From the NCBI GenBank assembly GCA_002811645.1, contig PDIP01000063.1, positions 73,431 through 137,430 on the forward strand: a stretch of 64,000 nucleotides of DNA, read 5' to 3'. Below the pieces are notes generated by a model that saw nothing but the letters and a program-made list of their open reading frames with translations, did not search any database and was not told the DNA's origin. The stretch's first letter is position 1; the number at the start of each line of letters is the position of its first letter. This stretch comes from Corallochytrium limacisporum Hawaii (taxonomy: Eukaryota; Protista; Pluriformea). Of the stretch, positions 33,394 to 44,404 are shown one piece after another. The position numbers and the translations under genes are program-made.

Positions 33394-36300
33394 TTAGAAT
33401 CCGAGCTGCTTCTGCACACTTTGCAAGTCATTTTGGTCTTCATCTGTATCCATCCATGCCGTACCAGGCACAGTCGAGGCTGCGTCTCTCTCTGCCTGTT
33501 GCAACGCACTTCTACCGGACTGCAGGAGCGCCTTACCTTGCGGCGAACTGTGGTCCATGAACAGTCCACCGGCCTCCACCGGCGAATGCTCAAGGAAGAA
33601 CCCATGCTCGCGGTCACTAATCAATCGTCCTACGGCTAGAGCCTGCCTGGGGCCAGGGCTGCCGCTGCCGATGCGACGCATAGCACCAGCCGTGCGCAGT
33701 TCCGTGCGCCAGAGCCGGCGCAGCCCGTGCGATGCCTGCAAGGACGACTGTGAGCCCAGTGTGGCAGACTTCGGAGAGGTCAGTGACACAGATACAGCAC
33801 CGGATTTTAGAGGCGTAGTGGCCGTTGGCGTTGCGCTCGGTCCCCTGGGGCGCGGTGAAGTGCCCGCATTGGCCAGCAGAGATGAAATCGACGGCAGCGA
33901 GGACGCAGAGCCGGGTGTGACTTTAGTCGGGTGTGACGTGCCTGGAGCGACTGTGGCGGAGGACCCGCTGCCTTGGTGACGGTGGAACTGGCTCGGGTTC
34001 CCACCACGCCCCCCAATGTCGTCTGGACTGGCGTGCTCAGGAATAAGGAACGCCGCCAGTTTCGCATTTGACGAGCTCAGACCAGCCGGAGAGGCCGGTG
34101 AGGGCGATTGTGTCCGCTCCTGTGACGACGATGCTACCGTTGGAGAAGTCGGTGTCAGTGGCACTGCACTGCGACGCATGAGGGTTGCGCGGTGGAGATC
34201 GACCGGTGTACGGGATACTGCACGGCGTTGCAGTGGACTCGGGACAGTAGTCACAGCCGTTATTGGGGACGCAGAATTGTTCAAGGTTGGTGGTGAGGCA
34301 ATGAATGCAAGTGGATCCCGCAGCGGCTGTTTCGTTCCGGGCAAGACTCGCGGCGAATCCGGCGTGGTCATTGCGGGTGGACCTGCTGCCGGTATCGATG
34401 TTGCTGCCGTTACCACGGGCGTCGTCGGAGTCGCAGCAGAGACCGGACTGCTTGGAATGACGGGCTGCGAATTGGGTGTGCCGCTGGCGCTCAGCGGGCT
34501 CAGCAGGCCCGGGCAATTCCGTCCAAGATAACCACCACGCACAACGTGACGGTAGGGCATTGGTTGGCCGACTATTGGCATTCCCGGACTGTTCTCTTCA
34601 TCGTCCCAGGCGGGTACGCCATAGACGAAGATTATGTCCAGAATCGTCTGCTTGACCTTTGCAGCCTGCGCATCGGAGAGCAAACCCTTGCGCACGGCTT
34701 CTCGACAGACCAGCTCATCAAAGTCATAATCGCATGGTGGTCCGTACATTTGCCGCTGCATGCGGACATCCTCCCGACTGAACCAATTCGACGGCAGCAG
34801 AGTACCAGGCATGCTCATCAGAGTCTCCACCATTGGCGGCCTACCGTAACTCACTGCTTGCAGGAATGGGGACAGATTCGTTGGATTCAGTTTCGCATTT
34901 AGAAGTGCACCCCGGGCCATAATGTAGTCGTCATGAACATGACGGAATTTTTCTTTGCGACGTCGACGGTCCAGTGCAGATGGCGTAAGATTAGCGCTGA
35001 GTACGTCGGAATGGATTGTCAGTGTTTCCCATGCGTCACGCATGTCTCCGGTTTCGCCGACAGTTTCTTCGTCCGCATCATGGTCACCAGGTATCTCTTC
35101 CTTCGGTTCCATCTCCCGCAATGTATCGAGGAGAACAGCCAGGCACTGGCTTGCATTCGCTTCGATGCAACAATGTAGGACATTTGCGCGTGAAGCGCGG
35201 TCCAATGCCAGCGCCGGGACGTCGCCTCGGCCGAGCAAGACGACCCGAACGGCTGCCTGCTGCTCTCCGTGGGTGCGCAGCGGTCTTTGAGCGACTGCTG
35301 CTTGGGTGCCTGCGGCTCCTGGGCCCGGAGTTGCAGTTGGAGGGATCAAATTCGTCGGCGGAAGATCGGGTCGCGATCCGTCCAAGTACTGCCGCAGACT
35401 GTCCCAAGCGTCCTCAGCCAGCCATTCCTTGACTGCCCGGGAGAGATCCATTTGCTGCCCGCCTCCCAGAGACGGAGCGCGGGCAGCGGCTTCGCCGTCT
35501 TCAGATTTCCCCACGCTCTTTGATGCAGTCGTCGACACACTCTCAAGATCGTCGAGATCCATATGCTGACAATTTTGAGCACGCCGATGCTGTTCTTCCT
35601 GCTCCACCAAACTGAGTAGGGACGCTGCTTTGTCTCTATCCCCTTCAATAGTCAGTGGGAGTGCCTGCGGACCCAAGTCTTTCTCAGTGTCCACACCGCT
35701 GCGGAGCAGATGAAAACGGCACTTCCAGTGCTGCTGTGGTCCACCCTTCTCCTTCTGCAGCGCCTTTACGAACTTTGCGTGTTCATACCATGCTGTCTGC
35801 ACGATCAAAGAGTCTGGGCGGGTTTTCTTGATGGTTTCTTGATCGCAGCCATCACCATCGTCCAACGGACCATCGTAAGCAAAGACAACCGCAAACTGTG
35901 ACCGTTTCTCCATAGTCGCCGGCTCGGGTGCGGCAGCTTCTGAAGATCCACCAAGACCCATGCCAGACAGGGCAGCAGCTAAGTCATCGACAGATGCCCC
36001 TTTCGTCGGCTTTTCTGGTTGCACTCCTGTGACCAGACCCACGGCAGTGCCAACCAGGGACTCAACGTCACCGTCGTCCCGACCGCCGGCCAATTCCTTG
36101 ATCTCAGCCTCCGACATTGCCTGCAGCTGGTCCTTGGCTTGTTGTTGCAGTCGCATCTCGGCCACTATCCGGGCCATTTTCGCCGTGGGTATAGGAGGCC
36201 GCGCTGGTGGAGGTCGACCAAACGTTTCTCTGTACGCATCACGGAGCTCGCTGGCGCCGAGACTGCCCAGAGTCTCTGATATCTGCTTGTGTAAGACTTT

Positions 36301-36693
36301 GAGTTTCTCACTAAAAGCCAATAGCTGTGGGCTGCTGTTGGATTCTGTGTTCTCTTCGGTCGAGGACAGTGCAGATTCATCAATCGGTGGCCCCGGTTCA
36401 CCAGTGATCTTCACCATGATAGCCCTGGTAACTGTTGGTACTGAAGATTCATGCTGGAGATTGTTGTTCGGCTTCTGAAGCTGCTCCAGTATATACCGCT
36501 GTAGTCGCGACTCTGTGATCACCAGAGCAATTTTCGCGCCCGTCATGGGCGGCCGCACAGGCGGCGGTCTCCCGAACGTCTGCCGATACGCATCTCGCAG
36601 ATCGCTGAGGCTCAACGCTCCAAGTTCGCTTTTGATCTTCTCATGTTCCCGCTCACACTCCAACACAAACTCTTCCAGGGGATTTGGCTCCAT
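33394..36693 (-). CDS. 1099-aa protein with a duplicated N-terminal helical domain, degenerate ankyrin repeats and an S/P/T-rich tail
   Basis: Long ORF with two copies of LGxLxxSxLRDAYRxTFGRPPPxRPP..AKxA...ExRLQ. Ankyrin-like segments NVLHCCIEANASQCLAVLL and SPFLQAVSYGRPPMVETLM. Confidence 0.85.
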   Translation of the reverse strand: MEPNPLEEFVLECEREHEKIKSELGALSLSDLRDAYRQTFGRPPPVRPPMTGAKIALVITESRLQRYILEQLQKPNNNLQHESSVPTVTRAIMVKITGEPGPPIDESALSSTEENTESNSSPQLLAFSEKLKVLHKQISETLGSLGASELRDAYRETFGRPPPARPPIPTAKMARIVAEMRLQQQAKDQLQAMSEAEIKELAGGRDDGDVESLVGTAVGLVTGVQPEKPTKGASVDDLAAALSGMGLGGSSEAAAPEPATMEKRSQFAVVFAYDGPLDDGDGCDQETIKKTRPDSLIVQTAWYEHAKFVKALQKEKGGPQQHWKCRFHLLRSGVDTEKDLGPQALPLTIEGDRDKAASLLSLVEQEEQHRRAQNCQHMDLDDLESVSTTASKSVGKSEDGEAAARAPSLGGGQQMDLSRAVKEWLAEDAWDSLRQYLDGSRPDLPPTNLIPPTATPGPGAAGTQAAVAQRPLRTHGEQQAAVRVVLLGRGDVPALALDRASRANVLHCCIEANASQCLAVLLDTLREMEPKEEIPGDHDADEETVGETGDMRDAWETLTIHSDVLSANLTPSALDRRRRKEKFRHVHDDYIMARGALLNAKLNPTNLSPFLQAVSYGRPPMVETLMSMPGTLLPSNWFSREDVRMQRQMYGPPCDYDFDELVCREAVRKGLLSDAQAAKVKQTILDIIFVYGVPAWDDEENSPGMPIVGQPMPYRHVVRGGYLGRNCPGLLSPLSASGTPNSQPVIPSSPVSAATPTTPVVTAATSIPAAGPPAMTTPDSPRVLPGTKQPLRDPLAFIASPPTLNNSASPITAVTTVPSPLQRRAVSRTPVDLHRATLMRRSAVPLTPTSPTVASSSQERTQSPSPASPAGLSSSNAKLAAFLIPEHASPDDIGGRGGNPSQFHRHQGSGSSATVAPGTSHPTKVTPGSASSLPSISSLLANAGTSPRPRGPSATPTATTPLKSGAVSVSLTSPKSATLGSQSSLQASHGLRRLWRTELRTAGAMRRIGSGSPGPRQALAVGRLISDREHGFFLEHSPVEAGGLFMDHSSPQGKALLQSGRSALQQAERDAASTVPGTAWMDTDEDQNDLQSVQKQLGF

Positions 36694-37378
36694 TTTTACG
36701 AGGATGATCTGGCATGTACGATGATATCAAATTGGGTCCGGCGTCCCAACTGCAATATAAGTCAGGAACCCTCACATTCTGGTCTTGCAGTGGGGTCAGG
36801 ACCGTCTTTGTCAATCTATATTCATATTTCAGACATCGCATTGCGAGGGTCAAATATTTAAAAGCAACAAACTATGAGTTTATTCCTCCAGCTGAAGATT
36901 TCTTTATCAAGTACCCCAAATGCGTCCAAGCCACGTCACAGCCGAGGCAAACAGCTGCCTTGGCCGGGCAAGCACCGGCTCCCACTCGCCCTGTGAGACC
37001 CGTGCGAGGGAGAGGGAGGAGGTACGGGAGAAAAGCGCGAAAAAAGAATTGAGGGGCTTTTGCGACTGCTGGCACAGTAAGGCACGGTTCTACAGTTTTG
37101 GTTTGCTAGAGCATTTCTGCCATGTTTATAGATATTGGTTCTCTTACTCCAGGGGTGTGTGTGTATTCTGGAAGATCGAAGAGGTGGATTACGCCGATGA
37201 TTCTTTGTAACAATTAGTATACTGGAATGATAAAGCATTCTTTGCGTGGTTTGTGTGCATGACTTCAAAGAGTATTCTACATTTCATGAGCTACTGTTCT
37301 TGTTGGCATTAACACATTGCACTCCTACACAAGAAAGTTGTCAGCATATCCTTTCCTAGTTTTGTCAACCGAGTCCGT

Positions 37379-38797
37379 TCATGCTTCAAATCGGTTGCGG
37401 GTCGCCGATCGTGTCACGCGCTTACGTTCAGGAGCACCAGAGGCTGCTTCCTTCTCAGCGCGACGCTTGGCAGCATCCGCTTCCTTCTGTTCCGCGCTCT
37501 TTGGTGGGCGCCCGCGACGTTTTGGTGCTGGTGCTGCAGCCTTCTCGTCGGTGGCCTTCTCGTCGGCGTCGGTTGCCGCGGTACGCGGGCGCTTCTGCGC
37601 AGGTGCTCCAACCGGAGCTTCCACAGCAGGACGAATGCCATTAGCCAGCGCGTTGCTGGTGTGCGCCGCGGCACCGCTGGATGCAGCAGTACTGCTACCA
37701 AGCTGAATCATGGCAGCGTCTGAGAGCAAACTTCGTAGACGGTCATAATCCGGAGTTTCCTCGAACCGCAGACTGTAGACATACCTGAAGAATAGAATCA
37801 AGCCGCGCGGGTATTTTGTGCGCTTATGGGCGCGGCAGTAGGCAATCATTTGCTCCTCTGTGTTGTCCCGGAATTTCTCCTTCTCTTCGCGCAACCTTTC
37901 CTTTTCCTGATGTGTTGACTTGTCGCTGGCTTGCTTCTTCATGCTATTCCACGGGATGGTACCAACCATCCATCGCATGAGCAGGTAGCCCAGGCATTCG
38001 AAGTCGGCGCGACGGCTCGCACCGATACCACGGTGGGCATCAATAGAGGCGTACTCAACAGTGCCCTCAAAGCCAGATGGCCGTTTGTTCGGGGGCAGGT
38101 GTTGGCCACGGGACTGGAACCGCTTGACTAAGCCAAAGTCGACTAGGAAAACACCGTCCTCGGGCTTGGCGCCCGATTTGTTGGCGAGCAGAATGTTGCC
38201 GCCCTTGAGATCCGCGTAGACGTAACCTTCGTTGTGAATATACTCGAGCGTGTCTATGAGTTGCAACGCGACATTCTGTGCTTCGCTCCAAGTCATGCTG
38301 CGCTTGCCATCCTGTAGCCAGGCATTAATGCTCTTGCCGTACCGTTCGATAAGCATAAAATCGAAATCTCCCTGTCGGCCGACACCGCCAAAGTACGGCA
38401 GTCCTAGGCGCCGTTTTTTCTTGTGGAACCACTCGTCGATAAGGTTACGCTTTAGATGAACCATGGCAAAGGCCTTTTCCATATCCAGTCCTTTCGTTTT
38501 CGAATGGCAAATTTTAATGGCCCACGCTCTCTGACCGTGGGGCATATTCCTACCACTGCCTCCCTGGTACTTTGCATCGAATACCGCGGCCTGTCCACCT
38601 TCTCCGAGAAGGTCACCAATATGCCAAATATTTCCATTAATATCCACCACCGAGGTACCGATCAAGGCCTTCTCCTTACGGCGCGTATGACTACCCGTGC
38701 CACGGCCCCCGCCGGGATGTCCAGCCTTCACTCCTCCTGCAGGCCGGCCTCCAGTACCCTTGGCACCGTGGGCGTTTGCACCATTCGCAGAGACCAT
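37379..38797 (-). CDS. Vaccinia-related kinase (VRK, CK1 group)-like Ser/Thr kinase with C-terminal AT-hook
   Basis: LGEGGQAAVF, AIK, YVYADLKGGNILL, LVDFGL, GTVEYASIDAHRG..SRRADFECLGY..W..GTIPW and L.FEETPDY. First ATG (ACC-ATG-G) at 38797. Confidence 0.9.
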   Translation of the reverse strand: MVSANGANAHGAKGTGGRPAGGVKAGHPGGGRGTGSHTRRKEKALIGTSVVDINGNIWHIGDLLGEGGQAAVFDAKYQGGSGRNMPHGQRAWAIKICHSKTKGLDMEKAFAMVHLKRNLIDEWFHKKKRRLGLPYFGGVGRQGDFDFMLIERYGKSINAWLQDGKRSMTWSEAQNVALQLIDTLEYIHNEGYVYADLKGGNILLANKSGAKPEDGVFLVDFGLVKRFQSRGQHLPPNKRPSGFEGTVEYASIDAHRGIGASRRADFECLGYLLMRWMVGTIPWNSMKKQASDKSTHQEKERLREEKEKFRDNTEEQMIAYCRAHKRTKYPRGLILFFRYVYSLRFEETPDYDRLRSLLSDAAMIQLGSSTAASSGAAAHTSNALANGIRPAVEAPVGAPAQKRPRTAATDADEKATDEKAAAPAPKRRGRPPKSAEQKEADAAKRRAEKEAASGAPERKRVTRSATRNRFEA

Positions 38798-41602
38798 GGT
38801 TTCTTGATAGACCGCGAAACGTTCCGCTTCTGGCACAGAATAATTCTCCGGGGCCGGTAGCTCCGATGTCTCGTTTTCACGGAAGAAACCTTGCTGCCTT
38901 AGTTTGTAGACTGCAGAGACGTCGTCGCACGCAGTACTCTGCGGCTGGTGTGTTGCTTGGGTACTTGACCAAGTCCTCTGGTAGTAGAACGCTGGCCCAA
39001 GGTTAGCTTTCTTCCACTGCCCCACAAAGGCTCTTCTTGAGATTTGAGTGACCAGTAAGGTGGGAAATTTGGCAGAAGCTATTTTGACAAAAGAAAGGTT
39101 CGAAACCGTTCAGAAGTTGGGACTTGCAAAAAATCAGACAGAGCTCCGAACCAATTTAGAATGTCCCTTTGGTGCATTCCTATTCAAACGAAGTCTTTAC
39201 CTACACTTTAGATTGCAAGCTATCTAAATGTCTATGATCTGAACCTTGTCCACCGAAATGACCGTGTATAATCATTCCCGCTTACCAAGCTTTGGATTTC
39301 TAGAACTATCTATAACTGGGAAAAATAGCCAGTGCTTCTCCTATCTTGCCCTGATCTTATAGCTACTCTGCCAAGACATAACCCCCTGCAATAAAGCAGA
39401 TGTCCGTATCAAACTTTGTTATTTTACACATCATCGCCATTATCACGAGCTTGGAGCTCCTCCCCAGTTCCAACAACAGACGCATCCCAAAGATTTTGGC
39501 CAAACGGACGTGGGCACGAAGGAACCGAAGACGTACTTGCACCACAGCACGCACCAGAGGGGAGGCACACTACTACACACCAGGACAAACCCTCTCGTGG
39601 GTCGCCACCCATCGGTAAGGTTTCTGGGAGCTCGGTCTTGTTTCTGTTTTGCTATCGTCTTTCTCTTCCGTGTCTGTGTACCTACCCGTCTTGCCTGGTT
39701 TTTCTCTCAAAAACACATTGCTCCTCTCCCCCTCCCCTCCCCCCCCCTTCCCTCCGTCTCCGTCCACTCCCCTACTCGGAGAGGCTGTGAGGAGCCAGCC
39801 AGAAAGAGTGTGTGTTGCGTCTGTGTTTAGGTTTCTCTCGTCCAAGAGAAGAAGAAACAAAAAATAAATGGAAGTAAAAAAGAGACTAGGGACTGAGAAC
39901 AGGCAAAAGACCATATAGAAAATATTGGGACAAGGGAAGAAGAGAGTGAAACCGGCCAAAAAAAAAACCAACCGAGTCGCATAGACACACGTCAGTTTCG
40001 ACCTCGATCCGCTTGTCCGTCCAGTCCAAACGCAGTCAAATGTGACAGCTCATTCCTTCCTAGGGCCCTTGACACCAACCCGTGGTGAAGACGAAGGTAC
40101 GTCCTCGTCCCGTCATCGGTCTCTGGTTCCCGTTCCTCTTTCTCTCTCCTCTCTCTCTCTCTCTCTCGTTTCCCTGTTTTTTTTTTTGCTGAAAGTTCAG
40201 TTTACGGTCAGGTTAGTACCCAGAGCCAGACCCTAAGACTCCACCGCCCAGAATCCCTCCCTGCCCAGTACCAAATGTACCGTCCAGAAAATCGAAAACA
40301 ACCGCCGAGTGCGAAGTTCGGACGGGGGAGGGGGACAAGAAGGAAAGACGCCGCGCTGTTGACTCTCGGAGTACTACCCTCCGTTCCCTGCGGGCGGTTC
40401 ACGAGTGACACAACGGGGACGGAGTTGCTTAGATGGGTTCTTAAGGGGCTGTTATTTTTTTCCCTCCCTTTTTTTCGGCCAATAGGGGAGTTGGGGGTGC
40501 TAAGCGATACATGATAAAAAATAGCGGCACTCAAGAGTATGGGTGCGTTCGGACTATAACAACAGAATCGGAAGAGAAAGGGAAAAGATGTGTGGGGACG
40601 TGGTGGCTGGCCTTAGGAGGCCAGTCAAACTGGGGATGGGAGAGAGGGTGAAGGGGGGGGGTGGGGGGGGAGATTTTCGAGGGGAGATGCGGTACACCGG
40701 AGAGTACGAAGTGGCCCAATTGCTTTCGGTGTCCCCGGTATATTCATGATTTACGCTTAACTGTCTCCACATTGTCCCACTGAGACCCCACCTTACCCCG
40801 CTTTTTCCGCTGCAAATTACGGTGCGGTGGCGGGTCAGAATCGCCTTCATCAAGTATGGGCGACTGGATGTCTATTCAACAGTTTGCTTTGTTATTCAGT
40901 ATATTAAGTACTGAAGAGGAATATCGTGCCCTTAATTGGTCGATTTCCCTGTTCAACACTAGTCTGCTCTGCATATTGTAGTATATTGCGTACCAAAGTG
41001 GGAATAACTGTAAGGCAGTTTAGCCAGTTGACTGGGACGAGTTTCAGAAAGATTCACAATGTTTTTTCCATAGTGAACAGTCCCTTTTCGCGTGGAGGTT
41101 GCGTTGCCATATCCTTAGCTGGCCCTCCTCGCATTGCATGGCAAAAGGGCTCGGACCATATTGTTCCCGTACTTTTTATATTGACTCTGCGTTTTGGCGG
41201 GAAACCGGGCCAGGAAAGTGGTGTAGACACTACCGCAGGCAAGCTTTGGGAGTCGTATTTTTGTGGGTGTGCAGGTGTCGGCACGGTGCCTAGGCCGAAG
41301 TCAATGCCCCCCCTTTGGGACTGAGGGGGGAGGGGGTAGAACAGGGGTCGAACCGAAACCATGAGCTCAGAGCCCCCGGGAAGAAGAGACCCACCTAAAA
41401 GTAAGGGGTCTGCGTTGGGAAGTGGTATGGTATTTGGAGGCATTCTCAAAGGTATTCGCAAGAACTAATTGTTTATGCTTGAACAGTGAAGCTTACTTTA
41501 AGGTAATCTGGGATATGTGTGCAATATATACCGGGAAATAGGTGAACATGACTTAGATCACAAGACTGGGAAAGAAGGTTCACAAACACTACAGCGACAA
41601 AT

Positions 41603-43840
41603 ATGCCAGCGCCGGAGGAGCAAGGGTCTGTGTTCGGGGCCAGCCGTCCAGGGCCGTTCAGTGAGGGCGCTTTTGCTGTGCAGAAGTCAAGTGCCTCGCT
41701 GTGGCAGAGCCAATGGAAACGAGAAAACCGTGACCGGAATCAGACGCAGAAGTTGCCTGAGGGAGACGATGCCGGTGGTGACAATGACTATGACGAAGTA
41801 ATCTATGACGCAGCACACAGCAGACAGCAAGCTCGTGACTCTGTAATTTTTGCCATAGAAGTGCGACAAAACATGTTCGGGGGAGATGCACAAGACTCCG
41901 ACGTGATCAAGACAGAGGAAGATTTCCGGCATTTTGACGAACGTGTCGCGAATGACATCAAAGATGAAGAAGATGGACGCATGCTTGTTCAAAATCTCTT
42001 GGACACATTTCTTCCATACAACATAGCTATGCAATGCGTCTGCAATTTACTTGAACAGAAAATTGCTAGCGGCAACAAGGACCAAGTTTCGGTTGTATTC
42101 TTCGGCACAAAAGTAGCGAAGAATGCAATTGACGCCCCGGGTATTTTTGTCGTCAATTCTCTAACACAGCCCGGAGCGGAGACTATGCGCACTTTCAGGG
42201 ATCTGCGGTCTATTCCTCGATCTGCTTTTAATGAACAATACGGGATTTCGGATGAACCGGTCGATATGGAGTCACTTCTATGGATTTGTAGCAATTTGTT
42301 CCAGGAGTCTGGAGTGAAGGTGGGCCTCAAGCGTGTCATTGTTATCACCAACAATGACGATCCCTTATGTGGCGATGTGAGCAAACTTAAGGGAGCAGAG
42401 ACCCGCGCTCGGGATTTGCATGACCGGCAGGCAGAAGTCAATGTTGTGTCCTTAGCTCCGGCAAATGAATTCGATGGTTCGAAGTTTTACAACAAGATCA
42501 CCACTACATCATTTGTGAACAACCAGAGTACAGCAGGAGAGGATGAGCAAGATGCGCTTCTGGGTCATGGCGCATCGGAAAACAGAGTGTTGATGCTGCG
42601 GTCGGTGAAAACGCTGAAAGAACTGACTGCGAAGGTTAACGATCGCACTGTTCGAAAACGTGCCCTAACCCGCTTGCCATTCCGCATGGGTTTTGGTGCT
42701 GAGTTTGGAGTGGCCCTGTACAAGTTAGTCACGGAGAAAGGTACAGCGTCAAGCAAGATCAACTACATTTGGCTTACCAAAAAGGACGAGAAACCAGTCC
42801 AGGCCCGCACCCGCTGGCTGGACAAAGAAACTGGTATGCTGCTGAAAGACTTCGATATGAGGTATACTCTCAAGTACGGAGGAGAGCTGGCCACCTTCTC
42901 TCGTGAGGAAGTCCAGCGCATGAAGCGCATCGCACCACCTGGATTACAGCTCATGGGATTCAAACCCGTCGACCGTCTGGCTCTCCACCACAACGTGAAG
43001 TCCGGATATTTCTTGTATCCAGATGAATCTGTGCTCTTGGGGTCAACGACGGCCTTCCTGGCGTTACACGCCAGTATGCTGAAGAAATCCGTGATGGGTG
43101 TGTGTCTCTTTGTGCCTCGGTGGACTGGGGTGCCCCGCTTCGTGGCCCTAGTTCCACAGCAAGAAGTCCGCAACGAGAATGGCAACCAGGAGATGCCACC
43201 TGGCTTCCACATCATTCAGATGCCCTACGCCGATGACATTCGGGATTTGAAGCTCGAGGTTGTACATGAAGATAAGATGCCGCAGGTCCAGAAGGCCACG
43301 AGTATGGCCCGCGATATCATCAAGAGCGTCCAGATGAGAGAATGGATACCAACATATGATCCCGTAATTCGCAAGCATTTCGCGCATGTCCAGGCCCAGG
43401 CGCTGCAACTCGATGAGCTCGAGTGGGAGGATCTCAAGGACGACGGTACTCTCCCTAACGTAGACTGCTTGGACGCTCGCGCGGGTGAGATCGTGCAGGA
43501 ATTCATGGAAGTGTGTGGTTTGGATGACATGTCGGTGAATGGAGTGAACAAAGCGAAGACAGTCACGCCAGACTCCGCTCGAGTCAAGCGTAAAAGCAAC
43601 CCTGATGCCATGAGAAGTAATGACGGTGGAACCGAGCTTGTGAATCTGATCCAGTCCAATTCTCTCAGCGGCTTAACTGTCCCTAAGCTAAAGGCGGCAC
43701 TGGACGATCTCCACATCAATTACGACCCAAGGGCCAAGAAGGCCACGCTGATTGCCACTCTCACACGTGCGTATGAGGCTGGCGAGATAGACCCCAACGC
43801 TAAGGACATGAAGCGTATAAAGACTGAGAGTCAACAATAA
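41603..43840 (+). CDS. XRCC6: Ku70 DNA end-binding subunit
   Basis: vWA start RDSVIFAIEV, KRVIVITNNDDP, PGLQLMGFKP, FLYPDES...GST.AF.AL, PPGFHIIQMPYADDIR and a C-terminal SAP-like LTVPKLKAAL...KKATLI. Confidence 0.95.
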   Translation: MPAPEEQGSVFGASRPGPFSEGAFAVQKSSASLWQSQWKRENRDRNQTQKLPEGDDAGGDNDYDEVIYDAAHSRQQARDSVIFAIEVRQNMFGGDAQDSDVIKTEEDFRHFDERVANDIKDEEDGRMLVQNLLDTFLPYNIAMQCVCNLLEQKIASGNKDQVSVVFFGTKVAKNAIDAPGIFVVNSLTQPGAETMRTFRDLRSIPRSAFNEQYGISDEPVDMESLLWICSNLFQESGVKVGLKRVIVITNNDDPLCGDVSKLKGAETRARDLHDRQAEVNVVSLAPANEFDGSKFYNKITTTSFVNNQSTAGEDEQDALLGHGASENRVLMLRSVKTLKELTAKVNDRTVRKRALTRLPFRMGFGAEFGVALYKLVTEKGTASSKINYIWLTKKDEKPVQARTRWLDKETGMLLKDFDMRYTLKYGGELATFSREEVQRMKRIAPPGLQLMGFKPVDRLALHHNVKSGYFLYPDESVLLGSTTAFLALHASMLKKSVMGVCLFVPRWTGVPRFVALVPQQEVRNENGNQEMPPGFHIIQMPYADDIRDLKLEVVHEDKMPQVQKATSMARDIIKSVQMREWIPTYDPVIRKHFAHVQAQALQLDELEWEDLKDDGTLPNVDCLDARAGEIVQEFMEVCGLDDMSVNGVNKAKTVTPDSARVKRKSNPDAMRSNDGGTELVNLIQSNSLSGLTVPKLKAALDDLHINYDPRAKKATLIATLTRAYEAGEIDPNAKDMKRIKTESQQ

Positions 43841-44404
43841 AAATAAAACGGTAATGCTTACTGTGACTGCCTTTGCAAATGACAGGAACGGAAAATTTCG
43901 GCCTGCTCTGCGCCCCAACGCTACCCGCCTTCGCGTCCGCCGACGGCCTCTGGGGCCTACACGGCATTTAGGGGAGGGGAGTCCCCTTTTTTGGCGCGAG
44001 ATAGACAAACCAAAGGCTGCGAGGAAGGAAACCAGGAGGTTGGGGAGGGTCTCACAAGCCGCTCCCGGGCGCAGCGAGGGGGGGTCCACAGGCTCGGGCC
44101 CCGGCGGAGTGCTCTTCTCAGCCGTGGCGGTCGTGGCGACGTGGAGAGCGTAGTCCGAACGCCTGGGGGCAAATTTTCACCATTGATCACCGGTGTTGCC
44201 TGGTATTTCTAGTGTGGATGCTTTCATGTCATTGTTCAAAGTACGCGTGCCTATGTACCCTTACTGTTGAAAAGAGCTTCCACATGTTCGAACCAAGGCA
44301 GAACAGTGGACCATCCACACTCGAACACTTAAGCGCGATGGTGAGCAAGTAATTCTTCCAAGAGATGGGTTCTAATCACTGCGAAGAAGACATTTAGAAC
44401 AACG

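Noticed and set aside
38798-39025. 76-aa N-terminal extension of the VRK-like kinase
   Set aside because: It begins at GTG; the first ATG in good context is at 38797.
39615-41502. Possible 5'-UTR intron of Ku70 (GTAAGG ... TTTTAAG)
   Set aside because: Such sites are frequent by chance, and there is no branch-point or transcript support.
44195-44207. RFX X-box-like GTTGCCTGGTATT upstream of the KATNBL1-like gene
   Set aside because: The second half-site is mismatched, and a single degenerate hit is expected by chance.
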